In this document: positions 27,395 through 40,396 of the stretch, in pieces | Layout: the number at the start of each line of letters is the position of its first letter | Numbering within the stretch: the first letter of the stretch is position 1 | Assembly (NCBI GenBank): GCA_963514005.1 | Contig: OY740798.1 | Location: forward strand, 21,142,001 to 21,206,000 | DNA from: Raja brachyura | Taxonomy: Eukaryota | Direction: 5' to 3' | DNA length: 64,000 nt | Program-made: the position numbers and the translations under genes | The notes under the pieces: generated by a model | Database searches by the model: none | Seen by the model: only the letters and a program-made list of their open reading frames with translations | What the model was told of the DNA's origin: nothing

Positions 27395-28549
27395 ATAATA
27401 TGTGAATGCTTCATTGAGCATAATTCCGACTGGTAACTACGCAATTCGTCCGAGCACATTATCGCACGCGTCATGCAAACAGTCTTCAATGACCACCTAA
27501 ACTGTCATTTGGCAACCTAAAAAGCTGTCAAGATTGCCCGGCTGGCAACAGGGAAAAAAAGTTCAGCGAGAGCCCTGAATGTATGCAAGGCCTTCTGGCC
27601 TATCCACTATGTTAGTCAGATTCTCTGACAGTGCTGAAGGGAAAGGCAAGAGAAAAAGTGCTAGCAGAAATGGGACACAACATCCACAGATGTACTTGAT
27701 TATAGAAAATAAAAATATTGCCAAAGTTACATATGTGAAGATTTCACTTCAGATGCCATGTTACTCATTGGTTAATTTTACAAACACAAGCTAATCTGAG
27801 GATATAAAAAATAAACACATGGTTGGTGATAATAGTGGCAAAGAAAAGTGTCTGTTCCTTTTTATTATCATTGAGAGAAAAATCTAGGTGTTAAAACATC
27901 TGGCATAAGTGAATACAAATCATTTGATGATTTAAATTTTAAGAACATCTAACCAGTCTAATCTTCAGTGAAGCTATAAAAGTTTGTATAGCAGCATGTC
28001 AAATATCCAACCAGCTGCTTTAGAGTAAAATATCTCAACACGTCCTCTAGATTTATTCCACGGCAGAATGTATACTTCATATCACTGGAGATGTAGAATC
28101 CACAATTAACCTGTGAAACTGAACTTTTAAACAAAAAACACAAAGTTCTAAAGACATGCTAATGAAGTTAGGAATAAATTATAAGGCTACTAGGCGGTGG
28201 CTGAGCATGGAAAATGTGTCTGGAATTTAACTTTTGTGACCCATGTCTGGTATCTACTTGAAATTTGGCAGATTTAGATAAAATATAATTGAGAAGGAAT
28301 TCATAACTCTGCTACCATGCCTAGCTACCATGAAACAAAGCACGTGATTGGTCAATTGCCGTCTGACTCAATGTCAAACGTGCATTGATTGGACAATTAC
28401 TACTCGGAAAATTGAAGGTTTTTCTCATATTTTAAAAATATGTGCAGGTTTTGGTCTTGACGAGCTTCAGGTATGATTTATGTAATATTTTTACACAATT
28501 TGTTATAAATACAGGTAGATACGTGTTTTGGGTCATGAAATGAAACAAA

Positions 28550-30195
28550 AAAAGCACCTCGGCCCACGGTCTATACTGAATGCTGAAAAGCTGGTGTAAG
28601 CAGGAGGGTATCAGCTATTTGAACCATTCAGATCTCTTCTTTGGCAAAGATGACCTATACAAGAGTTGCATCTGGACTGGAGGGGGACCATGTGAGGAGG
28701 GTGGAGTGGGGTGGGGGGTGATAGGGGTTGTTATAGATGCTTAAGAGAGTTTAAACCAATCTGGCAAAGGAAGTGGGATTCTAAGTAGTAGTGCATCAGA
28801 TGAGAAAGTTAAACCAAATATAGAAGTTAAAGCAAGCAAGTCTACCAGGCAGGCCAGGGAGGAGCACTTTGGGACCAGTGATTATAGTTCTATTAGTTTC
28901 AAGATGGAAAGAGACAGGACTTATCCTCAAGTTAAGAGTTCTAAATTAGGGGTGGGAGGCTAATTTCAATGGCATCAGATAGAAACTTTCAGAAGTTGAT
29001 TGGAAGTTTCCAGACAAATGTACATTTGGCAAATGGGATGCTTAGATAGGAACAATTCAAGGACAGCATGTTCTTGTGAGAATGAAAGGCAAGACTGACA
29101 AAATTAGGGAATCTTGGGTGCCGAGGGATGTAAAGAGTCTGGTTAAGAAAAAGAAGGCAATATCCCTCCCTCATTGGCTTTACACATCACTCCTCCATTG
29201 TCACTGCACCCATTTGCTAATTAAAACCCTCCTCTCTTTTATCTACGTTAAACTTGCTAGACACTGTTCCGCCCCACCACTTTCTAGCTTTCTCCTTCCG
29301 ACTACAATTACTCTGAAGAAGATCCAGACCCAAAACATCACCTATCCATTCCCTCCACAGATGCTGCCTGATCCATTGAGTTACCCCAGCACTTTGTCCT
29401 TTGAAAGGTGCGAATGAAGCAAGTACAAGCGATATAGGAATAGGGTAAAAAGGGACCATGAGATAACCCTTGCAGATAATTGTAATTGTTTATAGGTTTA
29501 TCCTAAGTTAAGAGTAAAAAGAGAGCAAGGAAGAGAAAATGGCATCTTATGGATCAGTCTGGTAACCTGTGTACAGCAACAGGAAATAGGCTAGGTCTTA
29601 AATAAATAAACTCATCTGTGTTTACTTGGGAGAAAAACATGCAAACTAGTGAATTCAGGGAAGGGGAAAGTGATATGCTGGAGTATACTAACATTACAAA
29701 GGTGATGGTGCTGGAGGTCTTGAAATGTGCAAGGGTGAATAATTCCAAGGTTTGGCCAGATGTGTCCTCGAAAGTTATGTGAAGCAAAGAGATTGTTCGG
29801 ACACTGGCAGAGATGTTTGTAACTTTGTTGGACCCAGGTGACTGACCAGACCAGAAAAATGGAGGATAGCTAATGTGACTTTGTGCAAAAATGTAAATCA
29901 CAAATTTAATTGGGGTTTTTTTAGGTGACCATGAGGATTTATGAGGGCAGGGTGACATAGCCTACTTGGACTTTAGCAAGGCATTTGACAGTATTCCACA
30001 TGACACAACACATGTTCTGGAATATTGGAGCATGGGAGCCATGCTGGTTCAGCCAATTGGATACAAAATTGGCTTGGTGGTAGGAGGCAGAGAATGGTAG
30101 TGCCGGCTATTTTACAGATTGGAGGCCTACGAGCAGCATTGTGCCACAAGGTTCTGAGCTAGATTCTCTGTTGTTTTGTCATTTCTATTAATGAG
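28550..30195 (+). mobile_element. Old degraded CR1 LINE (continues at about 32520-32950 after nested insertions)
   Basis: CR1 ORF2 remnants, e.g. YLDFSKAFDSIPH and VPQGSELDSLLF. Confidence 0.65.
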
Positions 30196-30199
30196 ACAG

Positions 30200-32150
30200 A
30201 TATAACCATATAACATATAACTATATAACAATTACAGCACGGAAACAGGCAATCTCGGCCCTTCAAGTCCGTGCCGAACAACTTTTTTCCCTTAGTCCCA
30301 CCTGCCTGCACTCATACCATAACCCTCCATACCCTTCTCATCCATATGCCTATCCAATTTATTTTTAAATGATACCAACGAACCTGCCGCCACCACTTCC
30401 ACTGGAAGCTCATTCCACACCGCTACCACTCTCTGAGTAAAGAAGTTCCCCCTCATGTTACCCCTAAACTTCTGTCCCTTAATTCTAAAGTCATGTCCTC
30501 TTGTTTGAATCTTCCCTATTCTCAAAGGGAAAAGCTTGCCCACATCAACTCTGTCTATCCCTCTCATCATTTTAAAGACCTCTATCAAGTCCCCCCTTAA
30601 CCTTCTGCGCTCCAGAGAATAAAGACCTAACTTATTCAACCTATCTCTGTAACTTAGCTGTTGTAACCCAGGCAACATTCTAGCAAATCTCCTCTGTACC
30701 CTCTCTATTTTGTTGATATCCTTCCTGTAATTGGGCGACCAAAATTGTACACCATACTCCAGATTTGGTCTCACCAATGCCTTGTACAATTTTAACATTA
30801 CATCCCAGCTTCTATACTCAATGCTCTGATTTATAAAGGCTAGCATACCAAAAGCTTTCTTTACCACCCTATCTATATGAGATTCCACCTTCAAGGAACT
30901 ATGCACGGTTATTCCCAGATCCCTCTGTTCAACTGTATTCTTCAATTCCCTACCATTTACCATGTACGTCCTATTTTCATTTGTCCTGCCAAGGTGTAGC
31001 ACCTCACATTTATCAGCATTAAACTCCATCTGCCATCTTTCAGCCCATTTTTCCAACTGGCCTAAATCACTCTGTAGACTTTGGAAATCCTCTTCATTAT
31101 CCACAACACCCCCTATCTTGGTATCATCTGCACACTTACTAATCCAATTTACCACCCCTTCATCCAGATCATTGATGTACATGACAAACAACAAAGGACC
31201 CAACACAGATCCCTGAGGCACCCCACTAGTCACCTGCCTCCAACCCGACAAGCAGCCATCCACCATTACCCTCTGGCTTCTCCCATTCAGCCACTGTTGA
31301 ATACATCTTGCTATTCCTGCATTTATACCCAACAGTTGAACCTTCTTAACCAACCTTCCATGAGGAACCTTGTAAAAGGCCTTACTAAAGTCCATATAGA
31401 CAACATCCACTGCTTTACCCTCGTCAATTTCCCTAGTAACCTCTTCAAAAAATTCAAGAAGATTAGTCAAACATGACCTTCCAGGCATAAATCCATGTTG
31501 ACTGTTCCTAATTGGACCCCGTTTATCCAGATGCTTATATATATTATCTCGAAGTATCTTTTCCATTAATTTGCCCACCACTGAAGTCAAACTAACCGGT
31601 CTATAATTGCTAGGTTTACTCTTAGAACCCTTTTTAAACAATGGAACAACATGCACAGTACGCCAATCCTCGGGGACTATTCCCGTTTCTAATGACATTT
31701 GAAATATTTCTGTTATAGCCCCGGCTATTTCTACACTAACTTCCCTCAATGTCCTAGGGAATATCCTGTCAGGACCTGGAGACTTATCCACTTTTATATT
31801 TTTCAAAAGTGTCAGTACTTCTTTTACTTTGAAACTCATAGTATCCATAGCTACTCTACTAGTTTCCCTTACCTCACATAATTCAATATCCTTCTCCTTG
31901 GTGAATACCAAAGAAAAGAAATTGTTCAATATCTCCCCCATCTCTTTTGGCTCTGCAGATAGCTGTCCACTCGGTCACTCCAATGGACCAATTTTATCCC
32001 TTGTTATCCTTTTGCTATTAATATAGCTGTAGAAACCCTTTGGATTTACTTTCACCTTACTTGCCAAAGCAACCTCATATCTTCTTTTAGCTTTTCTAAT
32101 TTCTTTCTTAAGATTCTTTTTACATTCCTTATACTCAAGCACCTCATTTT
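30200..32150 (-). mobile_element. Young 5'-truncated CR1 LINE
   Basis: Uninterrupted RT ORF and a 3' microsatellite tail (TATGGTTA-like) at about 30200-30230. Confidence 0.92.
30292..31941 (-). CDS. CR1 ORF2 reverse transcriptase region (549 aa, no endonuclease; TE-derived)
   Basis: Motifs KSPGPD, YRPVSL, QHGF, DFSKAF, GVPQGSVLGPLLF and CADD (FADD variant). Confidence 0.85.
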   Translation of the reverse strand: MGEILNNFFSLVFTKEKDIELCEVRETSRVAMDTMSFKVKEVLTLLKNIKVDKSPGPDRIFPRTLREVSVEIAGAITEIFQMSLETGIVPEDWRTVHVVPLFKKGSKSKPSNYRPVSLTSVVGKLMEKILRDNIYKHLDKRGPIRNSQHGFMPGRSCLTNLLEFFEEVTREIDEGKAVDVVYMDFSKAFYKVPHGRLVKKVQLLGINAGIARCIQQWLNGRSQRVMVDGCLSGWRQVTSGVPQGSVLGPLLFVMYINDLDEGVVNWISKCADDTKIGGVVDNEEDFQSLQSDLGQLEKWAERWQMEFNADKCEVLHLGRTNENRTYMVNGRELKNTVEQRDLGITVHSSLKVESHIDRVVKKAFGMLAFINQSIEYRSWDVMLKLYKALVRPNLEYGVQFWSPNYRKDINKIERVQRRFARMLPGLQQLSYRDRLNKLGLYSLERRRLRGDLIEVFKMMRGIDRVDVGKLFPLRIGKIQTRGHDFRIKGQKFRGNMRGNFFTQRVVAVWNELPVEVVAAGSLVSFKNKLDRHMDEKGMEGYGMSAGRWD

Positions 32151-32953
32151 TGGGACAGCAATTGCTAGTTTACAAAAAAAAACCGAAAGTGCGGGAGTAA
32201 CTCAGCGGGTCAGGCAGTATCTCTGGAAGGAATAAATAAAAAAAGATGGCATTTTGCGACAGACCCTTCTTTAGATAGACTGTAGTGTGGGGAGAAAGCT
32301 GGAAGACAGGTATGAGCGGGGAAAAGCCTGGTACAAATAATGGTTGGAGTTTGATTGGCAGATGGATGGGCAAAGGCTAGAGATGAAAAGGGGACAAAAG
32401 GGCGTCAGATAAGGTGAGGGGTGAAATGTAAAGCAAGAGGGAGGGAGAAAGGTGGAAATGGATCGGGAAAGGGAGGTAATGAGGGGGCAGCACGATAGTG
32501 GAAGATGGTGAACACCCATACATTGTGCACGACATACACAATGAATTGTGAGAAACTTATTTCCCATGTTCTACAACATTGGAGAGTGTTGTAAAACTTA
32601 CACACCTTGGAATACAAATACACAGTTCCTTGAAAGTGGAACACAGGTAGGTGGGATGGTGAAGGTGGTCTATGGTATCCTTGCTGCTATCATCCAAGGA
32701 GGTGACATGATAGAGGTATATAAAATTATGAGCAGCATAGGTAGATAGCAGTCTGTTTCCGTGGTAGGAGTGTTTAAAAATAAAAGGCAAAGATTTAAGG
32801 GGAGAGGATGGAGGAATAAAGGAAACTGAAATATAAACTTTTAACACACAGAACAGTGTGTTGCACTGTCCGAGTAGATGGGAAAGGGATGAACAGAAAC
32901 AACATTTAAGAGGTATCTGGACATGTATTTGAATGAGCATAGCCTATGGATAT

Positions 32954-35388
32954 CAGGGCTCGAAATTAACGGTTGCCCGGGTGCCAATGGCCATCTAAAG
33001 TCCCGCCAGACAACCTAAAAGCAGTGTCATTTTGCCCGGCTGGGCACTGCAGATACTGGTTTATACCGAAAATAGACACAAAAAACTGGAGTAACTCAGC
33101 GGGTCAGGCAGCATCTCTGGAGAAAAGGAATGTGACGTTTCGTGTCGGTGGTGGCTGTAGTGCGGGGGGCAAAGATACTAGGTGCAGAGTGACGGAGGGT
33201 CGGAGCGAATGACGGGCCCCACGCAGCAGCGGCTCCACCTCCCGCTCCCTGCCCGCCCAGATAGCGGCCACTGTGTGCCACTCCGCCTACGGTGATAACC
33301 GTTTTCAAAACAAACCCTCCCGCACGCCGAGGCCAGGAGGAAGGGAGAGAGTGGCCCCCTTCTGCCGACTGAAGCAAATGCACCACTTGGCCCCTCACTT
33401 TCCTGTTGGCTGGCAGATGAGGGGAGGCGATGGCGAGGAGATCCCAACTGCCTCCCCCTTTGGCAGCAGCATTTGGCGGTGGACAGGGACGGCCAAGGCA
33501 GCGGGGCGATGTTGCCGGTGATGTCCGAGGAGCGCTGGCTGATCTTCCTTCCTCCCTCTCTCTCTCTCTCTCTTGTACGCCCCCCCCTCCAGCCCCCTTA
33601 TCCTGGGTCCCCTCCTCTCCATTCCGCACTGATCCCCATTCCCACCTCTATTCAGTCCCCACTGATATCCCCTGTGCTCCCGTCCCCATCTACCACCCCC
33701 CTCCCCCCCATCTATTCATCCTGTACTGATCTCCCCCCCCATTCATCCCGTACTAACCCCCCCTCCATTTATCCTGAACCTATCCTACCATCCATCCTGT
33801 AGTGATCTCCCCAATCATCTTTTACTGATCACCATTCATCCTGTACTGATCCCCTCATTCATCCTGCACTGATCTCCCGATCCATCCTGTACTGATCCCC
33901 CATCCATCCTGTAGTGAACCTCCCATTCATCCTGTAGTGAGCCAACCATTCATCCTGCACGGACCCCTCGGTCCACATTGTACTGACCCCCTCCTCATTC
34001 ATCCTGTACTGGTTCCCCCCATTCATCCTGCGCTGATCCCCTCACATCCATCCTGTACTGATTCCCCCATTCAAGAAGAATGGGGGTATCAGTCTGAAGA
34101 AGGGTCTCGACCCGAAACATTGCCTATTTCCTTCGCTCCATAGATGCTGCCTCACCCACTGAGTTTCTCCAGCATATTTGTCTACTCCCATTCATCCTGT
34201 ACTGAGCCACCCATTCATCCTGCACTGATCCTCCCCCCCATCCATCCTGTACTTACTCCCCCATTCTTCCTGCAGTGATCATCCCATTCATCCTGCACTG
34301 ATCCTCCCCCCCCATTCTTCCCGTACTGATCCCCCCATCCATCCCGTACTGAACCCCCCCCATCCATCCCATACTGATCCCCCCCCCCATTCAACTCCCA
34401 CTGACATCCCCCGTGCTCTTCCCTCACAATTATACCTACTCCAACCAACATGCACTAATTCCCCTGCCTCAATCCATCCATTCCGCACCGATAGCGTTTA
34501 TCAATAATTTTTTTTTAATCTGGTGCGTACAAACTGGGTATCTTCATTGCTGTTCACAACACATACATCTAATCTGAATGTCCGGTAATGTGGCGTTTTG
34601 ACACCTTTAAACGTATTGCCAAAAGAACATTTGCTACAGTTATGTCCTTTGGCCATCTCTTGTCAGTTAGTGTAATGTTTAACCTGTCAGATGGGTATAG
34701 TCGGTTTTAACAGCTATTATCATAAAATGCCTTTAGAAATTTCCTTGCAACCTGTATATTTTGTTGTGGATAAATTATGTGGGAAGCGAGAGTGCTTGTG
34801 TACCAATAGCAACAATGACCCATGCTATGGCCATGTCATGATAATATTCGGTCATTCACAGAAAACATGCTTGCATCAATCTGTAGTGTGCATGGTTATG
34901 CATATATGTTACCATGGTCCAGGATTTATTGACACAGGTTGATCATACGCTGAATAATCCAATCACATCTTTGTTTGGAAGTGGAAAGAAATAATATAAA
35001 TTGCATGAATTGCAATGTATAAAAAGAGTTGAGATGCTGTATTATAATTTTGCTGCATGTCATTGTGGTGTATATCATGTCTTGATTGGTGAATACGTTT
35101 AGTTTGTGTCTTTATTTGAAGCAGAAATAATATGTGAATGCTTCAATTAGCATAATTCCGACTGGTAACTACGCACTTCGTCCGAGCACATTATCGCACA
35201 CGTCATGCAAGCCTTTTTTTTATTTTAATTTTTAATTTTTGTTAGAAGTACAGTAGTGTGGTACTTGAGTACCCAATACATACATACAAGCCGTCTTAAA
35301 TGACCACCTAAACTGTCATTTGGCAAACTAAAAAGCTGCCTAGATTGCCCAGCTGGCATCAGGGAAAAAAAGGTAAGTGAGAGCCCTG
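32954..35388 (+). mobile_element. Non-autonomous DNA transposon (hAT-like, 5-bp TSD), copy 2
   Basis: Ends CAGGGCTC...GAGCCCTG, TSD GATAT. Inserted into a CR1 3' end. Confidence 0.85.
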
Positions 35389-35597
35389 GATATGGTATTA
35401 ATGCAAAGATAGACACAAAAAAGCTGGAGTAACTCAGCATCTTTGGAGAAAATGAATGGGTGACGTTTCGGGTCGAGACCCTTCTTCGCACCCAAAACGT
35501 CACCCGTTCCTTGTCTCCAGAGGTGCTGCCTATCCCGCTGAGTTACTCCAGCTCTTTGAGTCTATCTTTGGTTAGCATCTGCAGTTCATTCCTACAC

Positions 35598-37300
35598 ATG
35601 GGGAACAAGGACATGGCAGACCAATTGAATAACTACTTTGGTTCTGTCTTCACTAAGGAATGAATAAATAATCTGCCGGAAATAGCAGGGGACCGGGGGT
35701 CAAATGAGATGGAGGAACCGAGTGAAATCCAGGTTAGCCGGGAAGTGGTGTTAGGTAAGTTGAATGGATTAATGGCCGATAAATCCCCAGGACCAGATAG
35801 GCTGCATCCCAGAGTACTTAAGGAAGTAGCCCCAGAAATAGTGGATGCATTAATGATAATTTTTCAAAACTCTTTAGATTCTGGAGTAGTTCTTGAGGAT
35901 TGGAGGGTAGCTAATGTAACCCCACTTTTTAAAAAGGAAGTGAGAGAGAAAACGGGGAATTACAGACCAGTTAGTCTAACATCAGTAGTGGGGAAACTGC
36001 TAGTCAGTTATTAAAGATGGGATAGCAGCACATTTGGAAAGTGGTGAAAACACTTGGAAAGTGGTGAAATCATTGGACAAAGTCAGCATGGATTTACGAA
36101 AGGTAAATCATGTCTGATGAATCTTATAGAATTCTTCGAGGATGTAACTAGTAGGAGAAGCAGTGGATGTGTTATATCTGGACTTTCAGAAGGCTTTCCA
36201 CAAGGTCCCACATAAGAGATTAGTGTACAAACTTAAAGCACATGGTATTGGGGGTTCAGTATTGATGTGGATAGAGAACTGGCTGGCAGAAAGGAAGCAA
36301 AGAGTAGGAGTAAACGTGTCCTTTTCAGAATGGCAGGCAATGATTAGTGGGGTACCACAAGGCTCAGTGCTGGGACCCCAGCTATTTACAATATATATTA
36401 ATGATTTGGACGAGGGAATTGAATGCAAATCATCTCCAAGTTTGCGGATGACATAAAGCTGGTGCGCAGTGTTAGCTGTGAGGAGGATGCTAGGAGGCTT
36501 CAAGGTGATTTGGATAGGCTGGGTTAGTGGGCATGGCAGATGCAGTATAATGTGGATAAATGTGAGGTTATGCACGTTGGTGGCAAAAACAGGAAAGTGG
36601 ACTATTATCTGAATGGTGGCTGATTAGGAAAAGGGGAGATGCAACGAGACCTGGGTGTCATGGTACACCAGTCATTGAAAGTAGGCATGCAGGTGCAGCA
36701 GGCAGTGATGAAAGCGAATGGTATGTTAGCATTCATAGCAAAAGGATTTGAGTATAGGAGCAGGGAGGTTCTACTGTAGTTGTACAGGGTCTTGGTGAGA
36801 CCACACCTGGAGTATTGCATACAGTTTTGTTCTCCAAATCTGAGGAAAGACATTCTTGCATAGAGGGAGTACAGAGAAGGTTCACCAGACTGATTCCTGG
36901 GATGTCAGGACTTTCATATGAAGAAAGACTGGATAGACTCGGCTTGTACTCGCTAGAATTTAGAAGATTGAGGGGGTAATCTTATAGAAACTTACAAAAT
37001 TCTTAAGGGGTTAGACAGGCTAGATGCAGGAAGATTGTTCCCGATGTTGAGAAGAACAAGCGGTCACAGTTTAAGGATAAGGGGGAAATCTTTTAGGACC
37101 GAGATGAGAAAAACATTTTTCACACAGAGAGTGGTGAGTCTCAGGAATTCTCTGCCACAGAAGGTAGTTGAGGCCAGTTCATTGGCTATATTTAAGAGGG
37201 AGATAGATGTGGCCCTTGTGGCTAGAGGGATTAGGGGGTATGGAGGGACCGAGTTGGATGATCAGCCATAATCATATTGAATGGCGGTGCAGGCTCGAAT
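35598..37300 (+). mobile_element. CR1 LINE, 5'-truncated and frameshifted
   Basis: Motifs KSPGPDRLHPRVLKE, LDFQKAF, GVPQGSVLGP and a CR1 3' UTR. Confidence 0.9.
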
Positions 37301-37439
37301 ATTAATATTAATGTAGGCAGCTAGGATTAGTATAGATCGGCCTGATGATCAACACCGTCTTGGTGGGCTAAAGGGTCTGCTCATAGGCAGTACAACTATG
37401 ACTCAACAGTGAACATTTAAATGTTCAGACATATGCAAC

Positions 37440-38605
37440 ACCACAGTCACATCTGTGGAGTATTTTAAGTTCATGGAAACCATCATCTCCAAGGTCTTTA
37501 AATGGGGGGCTCCCATCGACTCCACAGTCAAAAAAGGCACAGAGGATGTACTTCCTGCAGCAGCTGAGGAAGCACAATCTGCCACAGGCAACGATGGTCC
37601 AATTCTATACGACCATCGTCGAGTATGTCCTCACCTTCTTCATCATGGTCTGGTTTGGCTCAGCCACCAAACATGACATCAGGAGCAGTGCTTCCACACC
37701 TCAAAAAATGGAATTACAAATTACCTGGAATTTGATGGTATTTCCCGGCCGGGTAAGCCTTCCCCAACTGCACATGCGCGATTGCAGCCCCAATTGCGCA
37801 AGCGCGGATACCGGGCCCACTGCGCATGCGTGGGGAGTCGGCATCCTTATCACATCACCGGTGCCATTTTCAGTTGTGACGTGGTTGATGGGCCTCCCCC
37901 ACTGCGCAGGCGCGGATTGTCGTAAGTATACGGGTACATATTTTTTTCTGCAAATCATCCTGCGGGCCTGATTGGAGCCTTTGGCGTCTCCCCGCGCGTG
38001 CGCAGTGGGCCCGGATTCCGCGCGTGCGCAGTTTGGGCGGTAGTCACACATTTGCAGTTGGGGAAGGTTTACCGGGCCAGGAAATTTCCCAAAATTATTT
38101 CATTTCCCTAAAATTACCCGAAGACAACCAGAATTTCCCGAATTTCAGGTTTCCTTCAAAGTTGAAACACTGATCCGGAGGCTGCAGCGAATCGTCCGAT
38201 CAGCCGAGAAGGTTATTGGCTGCAACCTTCCCTCCAGTGACGAACTGTACACTGCAAGGGTCAGGAAGCGAGCGGATAAGATCATCTCTTACCCCCCTCA
38301 CCACAAACTCTTTGAATCACTTCCCTCTGGAAGGTGACTCCGGACTGTCAAAGCTGCCACAGCCAGACATAAAAAGGGCTTTTTTCCCCACGAGTAGCTG
38401 CTCTACTCAATAACCAAAAATCTGTAGCCTCCTTTTGCTCTGGTATTTTATTTAATTCACATGTTTAATCAAGAATGTTTTATTATTAATTTTTTAAGTT
38501 TTATGTGTCATTCCTAACAGTCACTGTATGTCATGTTTTCACTTGCGGGGGGAGCATCAAGGCGAATTCCTTGTATGTGAAAACGTGGCCAATAAACGTA
38601 TTCAT
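37440..38605 (+). mobile_element. Rex-Babar LINE 3' fragment interrupted by a hAT MITE
   Basis: MYFLQQLRKHNLPQATMVQFY...WFGSATKHDI resumes as RRLQRIVRSAEKVIG after 38172. Confidence 0.75.
37686..38172. mobile_element. hAT-family MITE with long internal inverted repeat
   Basis: TIR CAGTGCTTCCAC / GTTGAAACACTG and 8-bp TSD ATCAGGAG/ATCCGGAG. Inverted arms at about 37740-37845 and 37980-38085. Confidence 0.8.
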
Positions 38606-40396
38606 TAATTCAAAATAAAATCCTACTTGAGAGATTCTGAAAGACTATCATTGCCCACTGAGCTTCTTCATATCTGAGAGGTTGTGCTGCATATTTGATG
38701 GCCAAGGTGGAGAGAACTTTAAATTCTATACAAACCTAAAATCTGTGATTCAAAATTAAGGCCTACATAACATTATTCCAAATGCTCACAGAGACAGAAG
38801 CAACTGCAGATGCTGGAGATTCCAAATGTTCAATTGAGTGCAAACACCTGATGCTGCAAAACACCTATTGGTAGTGTAGCAGCTATTATTTTTCAATGGC
38901 TTGCTCGCACCATGTCTATAAACACCACAACAGGTCCCTACACCTCCTCCCTCACCATCACCCACGGACCCCAATAACCTTTACACATGCACCTCTTCAA
39001 ACCTCATCTAGTGCATTTGGTGCTCCAGATGAGCCCCCCTTTACATCAGCAAGACCGAGATAGACTAAGCAATCATTTCGCCAAACATCTGCCGTCTATC
39101 CACCATTGCTACTGGATCTCTCAGTTGTTAACCATTTGAACACACTTTCCCATTCCCATACTGATCTTTCTGTCCTCTTCTTTCCATATCTGACACCCTA
39201 TTGTCTGCTTTTTAAATCGCTAACCGTTGTCACTTTCCCCACCCATCTGCCAATTAGCCCCCCTCACCTATCGCTCGCTCGTCCCACCTCTTCCAGCCCC
39301 CCCCCCCCACTACAATCAATCTGAAGGGTCATGATCCAAAAAGTCCTTGTCCATTCCCTCCACATATGCTGCCTGAGCAGCGAAGTTCCTCCAACACTGT
39401 GTTTTGCTTAAGATTCCAGGATCTGCAGTTCCTTGTACTTCCAATCAATAAAAATACAAGTGCAACAAAATATTATCAACGTTAACAAAGAGATGGAATC
39501 GAGGCTAATTTGGGATGTTAAGTGAAGAATTTCATAACCAACATCATACTAACCATCTGTATAGAAAGGAACTGCAGCTGCTAGTTTACACTGAAAATAG
39601 ACACAAAATACTGGAGTAACGCAGTGGGACAGGCTTTGTGGAGAGAAGGAATGGGTGACGTTTCAGGTCTCGACCTATGTCTATCTTGTGTCTAATATAC
39701 TTTCAGAGTGTAGTTAATGTTTTCTTAAAAGCTAATGGAGCAGTAAATTGGCATACTGCTAAATTCTACAAACAGTAAGGAGATAAAAGACCGCATTATC
39801 CTCCATAAGTGGTCCAGAGGTAAACATTGGCCAGTGCGCCAAAATTCAACTGCTTTCTTTAAATAAAACCAATGGATCTGGTACCCACCCAGACCAAACA
39901 AAGTCTTAGTTAACATTTTATTGGTTTCTGGTGAGCAAAAAAAAAAGTGCTGGAGGAATTCTGTGAGTTAGGAAGTATCTGTGGTGGGAATGGATGGACA
40001 ATGTTTGGGTCAGAACCCATCATCTGACATGGCGAAGGGCAGAGCAAGCTGGAACAGAAGAGGTGTGCATGGGGAAAATAATAAGTGGATATAGGTGTGT
40101 GGTGACAATTTCAGATGGGTGGAGATGGTAACAAAGGCAAGAAGTGAAAAGGGAGCCAAAGTGCAGCAAATAAGGAAAGAAGAGTTGAAGCCGGGAGGCA
40201 TATGGGTAAAACAGAGGAGAGGAAAGAGGGATGGGATAAAAAATAATGAGGGACTCAGAGAGGGGCAGAACGAAGAGGGGAAAAGAGCAAAATGATCAAC
40301 ATGATGGAAGGGAATGGATTATATCTTGAAATTGGAGAATTCAATTTTCATACTATTGGGTTGTAGCTACCTAAACGGAATACGAGATGCTGTTGT

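Larger units (their letters stand above)
24750..27577 (+). mobile_element. Non-autonomous DNA transposon (hAT-like, 5-bp TSD), copy 1
   Basis: Ends CAGGGCTC...GAGCCCTG, TSD AATGT, subterminal GCCGGGCAA motifs. Homologous to 32954-35388. Confidence 0.85.

Noticed and set aside
24750-35388. Segmental tandem duplication explaining the two 2.5-2.8 kb similar blocks
   Set aside because: Each block has its own TIRs and a distinct TSD, and the flanks are unrelated.
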